A stretch of DNA of 64,000 bases, taken from positions 165,912,001 through 165,976,000 of the forward strand of contig OX597814.1 in the NCBI GenBank assembly GCA_951406725.2. Direction: 5' to 3'. Numbering within the stretch: the stretch's first letter is position 1; the number at the start of each line of letters is the position of its first letter. The notes beneath the pieces are model-generated. The model searched no databases. It had not been told where the DNA came from and saw nothing but the letters and a program-made list of their open reading frames with translations. The stretch comes from Octopus vulgaris. Its lineage: Eukaryota. A program made the position numbers and the translations under genes. This document shows positions 52,900 to 64,000 of this stretch, one piece after another.

Positions 52900-53880
52900 G
52901 CAATATGCATAGCACTTACTGAAACACATAAATGATGCAAAGACACATATACCAAAGTATGCTGTGTTTTGTACATACAGAAAATAAAGAAGTCTCAGTA
53001 GAGTTACTTATCAACATCCATGATTATATGAAACCCATAACCCAGTGGTCACATTCAAACTCAGTCTGTGGTACACTCACAGTGCTTATAAAGCAACTTG
53101 ATGTAGTAATATGTATATTATATCATCCATGTTATGCCTCAAACCATGATGGTAAATTTGAGGCAAGCCTTTAAATGATAAAAGAAGTACAAGCAAAACT
53201 AAATCAAAACACTAATGCACTTCTGATGGGCAACTTCTCCATCAGATGGGCCAAAGGCAACATAATCTCAAGAACGTCATGCAAAGAATAGAATCAAACA
53301 GAATCTACTTGATCTCACAAAAATTAGGTTAATTGAACAAATTATACTATTCCCAACCAAGAACATCTTAGACCACTGCTTCATGTCGCTAATGATTTTC
53401 TCAGGCCACAACATAATAGAACGCACAATGTACAGTCCAAAGCTATTTAAAGATGTATACCACAAGTAATGTTGCATCATTCCATGTGCATATTACTAAG
53501 ATGGCAACAATGTACAGATGACTGGCTGGTTTGACTCTGAGTCAATCAAAACATAAGGAAAAGAAACTATGTTGATCCTATGGAGAATATTCACTCTCAG
53601 CCAACTGGACTACTGCTCCCAATTATGGTTGCCACAAAAGCATAAAACTCAGAGCATCGCTGTAGACAATCCAACACCACTACACCAACAAGACTGACTC
53701 AGTACAAAAGATGAACTACTGGAACAACTGAAAAGAACTAAAGCTCTACTCCCTAGTCTAGTATCTAGATTACCAAAACCAAATCCAGAGAGGGGACCAG
53801 GAAGTGAATTTGAAATAAACTAGCAACCCTACTACTAAAGGTGGTACCCCATCATAACCACAGCCCTTGACTGAGATCAT
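52900..53880 (+). mobile_element. Highly degenerate CR1/L2-like LINE remnant
   Basis: APE-like pieces (VVICILYHP, LLMGNFS), RT C-terminal MLILWR..SQLDYCSQLW, and a 3' tail ggtggtaccccatcataaccacagcc..gactgag. Confidence 0.5.
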
Positions 53881-54199
53881 GCTAGAGTACCATCATTAGT
53901 AATGCAATTGCTGTATACGGTTACAGCTGAACCAGTGAAAGATAAAAAGGTGTATATGTACACGTACACACACCTCTGATAATATGGCAAATATTTTAAG
54001 CACAGACATGTCTGTTTGGCTTAGAAGCTTGCTTCCTGACCATGCGGTTTCAGGTTCAGTCCTGCTGCACAGCATCTTGGGTAAGCATCCACTATTATAG
54101 CTCTGGGCCAACCAAAGCCTTGTAAGTAGATTTAATAAATGGGAACTGAAATCACCCCAGCATATCTATTGAAGGAGGTATAGGTACAGCTATAGGAGT

Positions 54200-55252
54200 G
54201 TGGACAGAGTTTGTTTCTTTACCATACATGCATGCAACTAGACCTCTCCTGATCGCTTTGCATGTGTATGTGTTCCGAGGGCGTAGCTGTGAGAATAAGA
54301 TTAGGCTGGGCAAAGTTCAGAGAGCTTCTACCTCTGCTGGCAACAAAGGGCCTCTCTCTCAGAGTGAAAGGCAGATTGTTTGATGCCTGTGTGCGAACAG
54401 CTATGCTGCATAGCAGTGAAACATGGGCTATAATAGCCGAGGACATGCATATGCTTGAAAGAAATGAAACCAGTATGCTTCACTGGGTGTGCAATGTCAG
54501 TGTGCATGTTTGACAGAATGTAAGCATCTTGAAAGAAAAGTTAGGCATAAGAGGAATCAGATGTGGTGTGCAAGATAGATGACTGTGCTGGTATGGTCAT
54601 GTGTTGCATATGGACGAGGACAGTTGTGTAAAGAAGTGCCAATCTCTGACTGTGGAGAGAATCTGTGGTTGAGGTAGACCCAGGAAGACATGGAACATGG
54701 TGGTGAAGCATGGCCTTCGAACTTTGAACCTCACAAAGGCAATGACTAGTGACTGGGACCTTTGGCGATGTGCTCTGCTTAAGAGAAACCAGCAAGCCAA
54801 GTGCATCTGTGCTGGTGGTACACAAAATAATCACCCTTTGAATGTTAGGCCTCAAGGAGGCGAGGTAGCTGAGTTCCTTTCAAGTGTTGGGCCTCATGGA
54901 GGCAAAGTGTCTGAGCTTCTTTCAAGTGTTGGGCCTCACGGAGGCAATGACCAAGACCGTTGGCATTTATGTCATGCTTGAGAAGAAGACACATGAAGCT
55001 GAGCAAATTGCAGTCATGGCAGATACCAGTGTCATGCAAATGGCAGTAGTAGCAGATACTGGTGTCACGCAAATGGCACCCGTGCTAGTGGCACGTAAAA
55101 GCACTCATTATACTCTTGGAGTGGTTGGTGTTAGGAAGGGATTCCAGCTGCAGAAAACCATGCCAAATCAGACTGGATTCTGGCACAGTGTGCCACCCCA
55201 GTCAAACTGTCCAACCCATGCCAGCATGGACAATGGACGTATGATGATGATG
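54200..55252 (+). mobile_element. RTE-like LINE 3' fragment with (ATG)n tail
   Basis: ORF 54262..54513 RIRLGWAKFRELLPLLATKGLSLRVKGRLFDACVRTAMLHSSETW, then WYGHVLHMD and GRPRKTW. Same 3' UTR as 21243-21900. Confidence 0.85.
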
Positions 55253-56055
55253 ACATCAAAAATGATTGCCCTAACACCCTTATTTATCTTACAATGTTTG
55301 AACAAACAATAAAGACATCTATATAGTAGCTAGACAAATTACAAATTGCAACCAAAGTCTCCTGTAAATCACAACCTTTTGTCTTAGTGAGCATATACCA
55401 ACAAATGATATTTCTACAAGGTAGCTAGATATGTTAGAAATATTAACTCCACCTAGTAGCCAATTCTCACTCAAATTACAACCTTTGATCTCATGTTACT
55501 TTGATTCAATATTCATGTACTCCAAAGCGTATTCTGAAACTCAGCCCCAATATTTTCTTACAACTAAAAAAAAAATTTTAATTCAAAATAATTTTTGAAA
55601 TTAGAATCTTAAATTGAAACAGTGCTTCAAATTTTCAGACAACGAAAAAATGTTTTAAACAACTTCATCCAATTTTCGTACATAACTTCATAGGACACAA
55701 ACTATATAAATTTAAAGCTTATAAATGAATATGGGTAGTATTTAGTTCTCAAGCACAAAGCACATCCCAAATTTCTAGGTTTAAAAATTTTGAGGGTAGA
55801 GGAGTGCACATTTACACAAATAAGTAGGGACTACTTCCATTGCCTCAGGTTTCATGCCAAATGCAACCATTAGATAGTGCATCATCTACTGAGGAACATA
55901 GTCAATCTTGACAGATCTTATACCATTCATATAATAACACATTGCAAACTTGCAGTTGGTCCTATTGTTTACATCTAGTACATTAAATGGCTGTTGTTTC
56001 TTTTTTGTAGTTCATGATACAGAATATATTTCTGTGGTGGCATCCTGGGAATAAA

Positions 56056-56420
56056 CTCTTTACTCTTTACTTGTTTCAGTCATTTGACTGTGGCCATGCT
56101 GGAGCACCGCCTTTTAGTCGAGCAAATCAACCCCAGGACTTATTCTATCAGTCTCTTTTGCTGAACCGCTAAGTTACGGGGATGTAAACATACCAGCATT
56201 GGTTTTCAAGCAATGTTGGGGGGACAAACACACACACACACACATATACATATATACAATGGGCTTCTTTCAGTTTCCATCTACCAAATCCACTCACAAG
56301 GCTTTGGTCAGCCCGAGGCTAGAGTAGAAGACACTTGCCCAAGGTGCCATGCAGTGGGACTGAACCTGGAACCATGTGGTTCGTAAGCAAGCTACTTACC
56401 ACACAACCACTCCTGCGCCT
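56056..56420 (-). mobile_element. tRNA-derived SINE, family C
   Basis: Head ggcgcaggagtggttgtgtggtaagtagc..ggttcagtccc and tail ggcggtgctccagcatggccacagtcaaatgactgaaacaagtaaagagtaaagag. Confidence 0.88.
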
Positions 56421-57151
56421 ATATCTCCATCTTTCTATTTAAATTATCAGTTTATTTGGTTAAAATGTAACTACTTAGTAACCATGTGACTATGTACCCA
56501 TTACTAGTTAATTCTTACTTCCCTACCTAACTTTCTTCCTACCACCTATCACACCAACTACCTTGCTCACTAATTTGTACAACACTCCCACTTCCTGCTA
56601 GCCTTTCACACCAAGTAGTTCTCTCTCTCTCTCTCCTTTTCCTAACACACAACAAAGTTCATTCATTTCTATTATCTCTCAGCATCTACTTCTTGTCCTT
56701 ACCTTTTGACTTATTCTCTATCAATCTACTTCCACCAGTTATTACTTGACCATTCTGTCTAAGGACCTTAATCTAGACAGCCAGACTATTCAACACCTTA
56801 CAGCAACCAAACTTACAGACTTTTACACACTCTCTTAGATTTTATTACTATTGTTGCCAACAGTGACCCTCATAAGATTAACAGTTCTTAATTTAACTTA
56901 TATTAAATCTATCTTTCTCACCACTACAGCAGAGTCTACACAAGTAAACAGAATGAATAGCAAAACAGATGCAATATGCAACACACCATAAAAACAGTTG
57001 GTGTTTGGGACATCACATGTTACATTCAGTATATTTCAGAATATTTCCTAATTTATGCATGTCAATATTGCAAGATATATTAGTAGACTAGATCTAGTTG
57101 ATGTTCAATTTCTAGTCAGTTGGCAGAGGTTAGTATTTAGCAAAGGAAAAA

Positions 57152-57553
57152 ACTCTTTTACTTGTTTCAGTCATGGCCATGCTGGAGCACCGCCTTTAGT
57201 TGAGCAAATCAACTTCAGGACTTATTCTTTGTAAGCCTAGTACTTATTCTATCAGTCTCTTTTGCAAAACTGCTAAGTTACGGGGATGTAAACGCACCAG
57301 CATCGGTTGTCAAGTAATATTGGGGGAACAAACACAGACGCACAAACATATACACACAGATACATATATATATATATATAGATATATACGATGGGCTTCT
57401 TTCAGATTCCATCTACCAAATTCACTTACAAGGCTTTGGTCGGCCCGAGGCTATAGTAGAAGACACATGCCCAAGGTGCCACGCAGTGGGACTGAACCCA
57501 GAACCATGTGGTTTGTAAGCAAGCTACTTACCACACAGCCACTCCTATGCCTA
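57152..57553 (-). mobile_element. tRNA-derived SINE, family C
   Basis: Near-identical in layout to 56056-56420. Confidence 0.88.
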
Positions 57554-57789
57554 CTGATATGCATTTTATGAGTCCACACAGTAACATCAATTTGGTGGTG
57601 GAAAACTACAGGTAAATAATGCATTTAGGAAAGAATGAAAATGAAATGTGACACTAGCAAAAGTAAATATTGCTATTATTGATTTATTATATTGACACAA
57701 AGTAACGATCCTACAGGTAAGCTAATTGGCTTTAAGACTTGATTAGCATGTATTTCATCAATACCAAAACGATGAAAAGTAATGTCCTT

Positions 57790-57990
57790 AACTCAAGGGG
57801 GCATGAGGAGTGGAATAGGGAAGAGGGGGTGGGAAATGAGAAGTGAAGAAGAGGAGGGAGTAGGATGGGAGAGGAAGACGAGAGGTGGACAAGAGGAGGG
57901 GGGAGGGGAGAGGAGGAAACGATGAGAGGAGGAGAACAGAAGAGAGGGGAGGAGGAAGACGGAGGAGGGAGGGGAGGAGGAAGAGGATTT
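57790..57990 (+). repeat. G/A-rich polypurine low-complexity tract
   Basis: About 200 bp of almost only G and A with several G-runs. Confidence 0.85.
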
Positions 57991-58553
57991 AAGAGAGAAT
58001 CAGTAAATCAGAATGGTGTCCAGAACTTTGCAGGTAAGGTGGAGGTGATAAGATTGTCTTGATAAGATTATAGGCATTAGTTTTATTTACACACCCCCAC
58101 AGTAAAGAGATAGGCAAAGTCTCTGCAGAAGCATGTGTTTTGACAGCTGGAGGTCTAAATCTTTCAACCATGAAGTATTGTTGACACTAGTAAGTTGGCT
58201 TGTATGTGACACTACTTAGCAAAACACATTACACATTCACATTTATTCATACATTAAACTTCCCAGAGAATGGAGGTGTACTGCTGACGTAAGTACTAGT
58301 ATTACAATTTCCTCAATACAATAGGTGACATACAGTAAGGTTAATGTAGGATTTGGAAACAGATACAATTTTATTACATAACAATAGGATAGACAAAGGA
58401 GGGGTGGGTGGAGTGGACAGATGGATAGGTAGAACAATATAAAGAAAGGAAGACAGACATAGTATAAACAGGTGTGTAGATAGACCGGTAAAGAAAGTGA
58501 AGAGATATGTAGACACACAGATATATATATATATATCATCATCATCATCATCG

Positions 58554-58629
<76 letters not shown>

Positions 58630-58968
58630 ATAAATAAATAAATAAATAAATAAATAAATAGGCAAAAGAACTGATAAACAACCTTAACTGGCACTTTTTC
58701 TTCTTTGATGAATACCCCCACTGATATGTCAGAATTCTTTTCTCTTTAAAACAAAAATTCCTATTCTAAACTTTACTGAAACTATTTTTGCCTATTCAAA
58801 CCTTTATTAGTTTTCTTGGTTGCTAGTGCTTTTCTGACATAAATAAACAATCAATCAAACAGCTGGCATTACAGAACAGACATAATAGACAGAAAGACAG
58901 ATAAATAAACAGTTAGACATATTTAAAAAGAAGAATTGCACACAGCAAGATGATATAACAGTACTTAC

Positions 58969-59186
58969 CTTTTGAAACTTTTGTCACATTTTTCGCAAAT
59001 AAATCTTCTGTGAGGATCAACATGTGTCTTTGTATGATAGCGTAATCCTGGGACACTTGTGAAGACTTTGCCACAACCATCTTTGGGACACTTTAACAAT
59101 TTCTGAGTGACATTGTCTTCTTGGGATTTCTCAAATTCTTGCATCCGTTCTGTCTTTACCCGTGACCGTTTGCTTAAGGTGGCATC
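58969..59186 (-). CDS. HBP1: HBP1-like exon: C2H2 zinc finger 1 and first half of finger 2
   Basis: Acceptor CAG (59187-59189), donor GTAAGT (58963-58968). Translates DATLSKRSRVKTERMQEFEKSQEDNVTQKLLKCPKDGCGKVFTSVPGLRYHTKTHVDPHRRFICEKCDKSFK+AG and ends in phase 2. Confidence 0.85.
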
Positions 59187-61363
59187 CTGTCAACAAAAGC
59201 ATACAACCACACTATAGTTATTTAGCTTACTTCAGATTACAATAATTTCTTACAATGGAATAAAACCATAAATTTGTAAAAGAAATATATATATATAGTT
59301 GACTGAATCAATAAAAGTAAATAATTGATACTTATTTTATTGCCCCTAATCACCAGATGGTAAAGCCAACAATAGCATGTTTTGCAACTTAGAATGTAAA
59401 CAAGCACCACAAAACAGTTCAGCATTTTATTATTTCTGGCAAAGCACTGCCATTGCTATAAATCCAAATAACAAGTAAAGAAACAAGGTGTTCAAAGCCA
59501 ATTGGTTTCTCATTTACAGGACAGTCGGATAATAGTAAAATTCTTCAACAGACTCCAGAGCTACATGACCACAATGTAAGTAAATAACATTTATATACCT
59601 ATTCAACCTTGAGTATGAAAGAAATAATGTAATTTTATGAAAAAGAATAAGAAAGACTTTTTCTTGGTCACAACAAAGTAACATATAATACAACAAAAAT
59701 AACAGATATATGATACATTTTTCTATGACAATGATAATGCATTAAATTACATTGTATATATGTTCCCATAAGATTATATCACTCAAAAATTCTTACAATC
59801 TTACTAACACAAGGAAATGATTCAGAAATAAAATATAAAACCAAAAATGGGAACAGCAAAATGACAAAACACTTAATTTTTTATTATACAATACTACATA
59901 TCTCAGTTTGTGTATTATATGCTCTACAAAAAAAATCTATACTTCATAAAATTTTATTTTGTGTTTCAATAACCACTATAATAGATAATAACACAAAAGC
60001 ATTCTATGTGTGATAATTCAGTCAATGTATAAAATATTTTTTTGTATGCTAATTTTATACAACAGGTGCATTTCTGTGGCCAACACCAGTAATATTGAGA
60101 GATCACATGTTACAAGAAGCAGCAATATGAATATTTATTGAAAAGTTATTGGGAGAGAAATTTATGAATGAAGGTGTGTGTCTATGCTATGACAAATGCT
60201 AAATAAGATCAAAAGAGCCAAATATATATTACAAGATGTAAAAAAAGTATAACAGGGAATCTTCAAAGTAAAACTTAGAAATCAGAAGAGTGTTTGGAAA
60301 AGAAGAAAAAAAGTTTGGAAAGTTTTTTTTAATTTTCAAGTATATTTTCTCCTGTGACAGCACATAACCAAAACAAGTATACAAATGATTTGAAATGGGC
60401 TATTATTAAAACTTCTGTTTTCATTTCTCAACATAATTGTTAAAAAATATTTAACTTTCTGAGCTAGCATTGTTGGAAGTAAGATATTATCAAAAATAAG
60501 TAACTCATAAAATTTTTTTAAAAAGGGTACAATCAGTTCATTGTTGTATTAGGTTTGCAACATTCATGATGTGAACTTATGAGTTGAATGAAATTTTATT
60601 GTATATCAGGGGAGTCATTATGCCAATAATAATCACATGGACTGGTCTAGTTTACTTCTTTTATTATTCTTAGTCAATTGGTTAACCAATAAACTAAACA
60701 GGTACAACTATTTATTTGAAAGTTTTCATGAACAGAGATGTTATGACTATCATACTACAAGAGTGAAAACCAAATGCACCAAATATATAACTAACGGCAA
60801 TAATGCTTAACCTCTTATGTTTAAAACTTAGAAATTCAAAGAACTTTTAAACAAAAAAATAAAATAAAGAGTTAAGGGAGTCGTATGAATCAGGAATTTT
60901 AAAGTATTTATTCATTAGTTCCTATAATTCAGGAAATCCAAGTTCATTTTTACATTTCCCTTTATTGTTGGTTTCATTTTACTCTAGACCACTTTTCTTA
61001 AAGATTACCCTAAAGAAAAGTCTATTAAAGATGACATATTTTTTCTGGCATTCCATTGCCCAAAAATACTGGTATGTACGTTATACACAAATAAAAACAG
61101 CATGTCTGTGTGTGTGTGTGTATCTACACACACACATACAGAGGAGAAATTAAGATAAACACAAATTAATATTATTAGTTCCTATGTATGTTCCACCACT
61201 ATGGTTGCTTGGAACCTTGCATTGGGTGTGCATAAGGACACTTAACAAGAATGGATGCATCAGGGAACACTTTATTGCATTAAGTTAGGGAGAACTAATG
61301 TCAAGAGTTGGGTGGATGGCAAAGTATGTTATAAGCATTTTGAAAGGGAAATTAAAGGAAAGC

Positions 61364-61400
<37 letters not shown>

Positions 61401-61464
61401 CATGCATGGAAGGTGGATTTTAAACTGATGATGATGATATACATCCATACATGTAAACACACAC

Positions 61465-61534
<70 letters not shown>

Positions 61535-64000
61535 TACACACACATTCACAGTGACAAAGTGTCCTTATTAGGTAAATAAGAAAAGAACAAATAGCAGTTA
61601 AATAATATGTCTATGTATGTTTCACTTTTCTAGATAGGAACCAATTTATTCATTAAATTTCTTCCATTCACACAAACTTATCAATTAAATGCTTATTTGA
61701 CAAAGCTTGCATTTTTCAGCTGAAAATTGTTGCTAGTTTATTTCTGAAAAGAATACTGTATTTGAAGGCATTTAGAGAGCATACTAATTTTAATAATGAT
61801 AAGTGGTTGAAGTTAATAGACCTAATCAATCAGACTTTTTGTTTAAAAATAATGCATTACTGAATTAATCCCATATGTTGCCACAATTCTAGTAAATATT
61901 CAGGTAGATTACAATGAAAACACCAATCATAGAAATGTTGTCATTTAATAGTAGTTTATACTGCAATTAAGTGTCAGGGAATCATAGAACAAAATAAATA
62001 TATTGACAGACACTACTGCATATGCAGAAAAACTTTGTATAACATGCAAATATGTTTCAGAATATAAAGTAAAAATAGACTGGTAAAGAAAAAGAGCTAG
62101 CTCTGTGTAAGCTCAACACATTCAATGTTTGATATGGAAGTATATTTCAACCCCATCTCAAATCCAACAATAAAGGTTTTAGATATCTAAGATGAACTAT
62201 CTTAGCTTCCTGTCCAGTGGGGTGATGATCCCTCAATAATTTAATGTTGAAATAAGTCTCATCACCATGAACCTGCTCAAATAAGAAACCCATAGACACA
62301 AAATGTAGCCTTTTGGATAATTTTTACATTAATTTTTCTCTATAATTTTGGCACAAGGCCAGCAAATTTTGAGGGAAGGAGAGTAGTTGGTTATATTGAT
62401 CCCATGGTACTTGACTGGTATGTTAACTGTATCAACCATGAAAAGATGAAAGGCAAGGTTGACCTCAGCAGCATATTAACTCAGAACATAAAACTAGAGG
62501 AAATGCTGCCAAATATTTTGTCCAACACAGTAATGATTCTGCCAGCTTGCTGCCTTAATTCTGTATATTAATAAAATGGGAAAATTATCATTAGATTCAA
62601 ATATACCACTGTTGTGTTATATATCTATACTATGTATTTTAGTAATTTCAATATATCACGGTCTTCAGAATTCAACCTAGTATTTGACAACTTATGACGA
62701 TTTGATAGTTAAAGAGACAGAAAAAAAATGTTTGACAGAAAGAAAGCAGGAAGAAGAAAAACAAAGTGAAAATGTTAGTCTCAATAAAGGTTGATGAGCT
62801 CTTAAAGATTAACTGTTGCTGCAAACAAACAACAAATGTTCCCTTTTATTTATCAACAATAATCAGTATAGCATTAAAAGAAAAAGAAAAGAATGGAAAG
62901 ATAATCAACCTGTTAAGATTTTCATTTTGTTTAAATACATGGAAGCATGTTTACCATATTTCAGCATTGGATGTTTTCATAAAATTTGTCTCTGCTTTAA
63001 GTGTCTGTTAATATTATACAGATTGCTAAATTGATGGAGTGCCAGACAACTAAAGAGTCAGCAGTTTCAACCACTTGTACAACATCAATGACAGAGTATT
63101 TCCCAACAGCACATTCTACCTTACTCTAAGAAAGTACCACAGAGTGGTACAGTTTAATATTATAAGTGGAAAAAATTATAGGAAATTAATTTCATTGACT
63201 TACAATATTAAGTTCAATTTCTCCTGTTTGTATTTTTCCTTTTGACTGAGGCAAGTTATGTTCAAACATTTATGATGAAAGTATCGTTGAAACTTGTTAC
63301 TATTCTTTCCTTTCTTTTTCAGGATTCACTCAATGAGCAATATTCTCTTCAATTTTTAGTAGACAGTGTGAAACTTATCACCTTGACAAAAGTTTATGTA
63401 CACTGAATGTAAACTAAGTATAATTAACTACATTTAGGCAACAAACCCTTTAAGTGCACATTAGTTTCTCTGACACTGCTTGTAAAACAAAGGTCAAGGA
63501 ACACTGTTGGCGAATATTGCCAGATGCAAGATTTCAATGGTCTCATCTATATGACCAAATATAACGTAACTACTGTCTTGGTCTTCAGACACAGATATAA
63601 AGTCACAAACTGCATTTTGTCCATAACTAGTATACTTGTGCAGTCAAAAACTAAGGTATTTTAAAAAGAAGCCAAAACTGGTATTTAATAAATACATAAG
63701 TTTATATTTTGCAACGGTGGTGCCCCAGCATGACTGCAGCTTTAAAACTGAAACAAGTTAATGAGTGGACTAATACTATTTTCATTCTGAATATTGTTTC
63801 TTAATTTTACTTCATACATTACCTAGCATCAAAATTAAATTACAACTGTGATATACCATTAAAAAAAACATGATTAACAGACAAACAAAATAATATTGTT
63901 TCTTTTGTCTGTTAATGCCGGCAACTCTTTCTCTTCATTTGCTGTAGTAACTCCGAGAAGCTTTTACTGAATAAATTTTAAAGCATGTATGCAGTCAGTC

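Larger units (their letters stand above)
18705..59186 (-). other. HBP1: HBP1-like gene span (10 coding exons in window, 5' end not found): 2 zinc fingers + AXH + Sin3-interaction helix + HMG box
   Basis: Manual splicing of exons of 218+197+256+131+112+170+142+58+152+148 nt = 1584 nt gives an open frame to TAA at 18705-18707. All introns are GT..AG and phases match. AXH, SID and HMG segments closely resemble vertebrate HBP1 as I recall it. Confidence 0.92.

Noticed and set aside
59187-64000. Upstream exon or start codon of the HBP1-like gene
   Set aside because: No convincing phase-0 exon found. The start may lie beyond the window or at the Met within exon 58969-59186 (ERMQE).

Overview
AT-rich, intron-containing animal genomic DNA, dense in microsatellites, tRNA-derived SINEs, LINE fragments and DNA-transposon remnants. 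The repeat repertoire suggests a coleoid cephalopod, probably Octopus (inference). I found one host gene: an HBP1 (HMG box-containing protein 1) orthologue on the minus strand. I assembled it by hand from 10 coding exons between 59186 and 18705, all with GT..AG introns and compatible phases (1584 nt, 527 aa in the window; the 5' end was not found). It keeps the HBP1 modules (LxxLAxIATxPxSP motif, AXH domain, Sin3-interaction helix, HMG box). It also carries two N-terminal zinc fingers (C2H2 plus an atypical C2HC) that vertebrate HBP1 lacks, and the second finger is split by a 19.7 kb intron. The rest of the window is a mobile-element archive: Tc1/mariner elements, a Helitron, a MITE with a 9-bp TSD and TTAGGG repeats, piggyBac-type MITEs, Dong/R4 LINEs in (TAA)n, a young RTE LINE with TSD, Penelope- and CR1-like remnants, a probable solo LTR and at least three SINE families. 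Several intronic hairpins and inverted repeat pairs near exons are candidate miRNA, RNA-editing or circRNA substrates. Most ORFs in the supplied track are microsatellite or repeat artefacts. All family assignments come from motif recognition without database searches.
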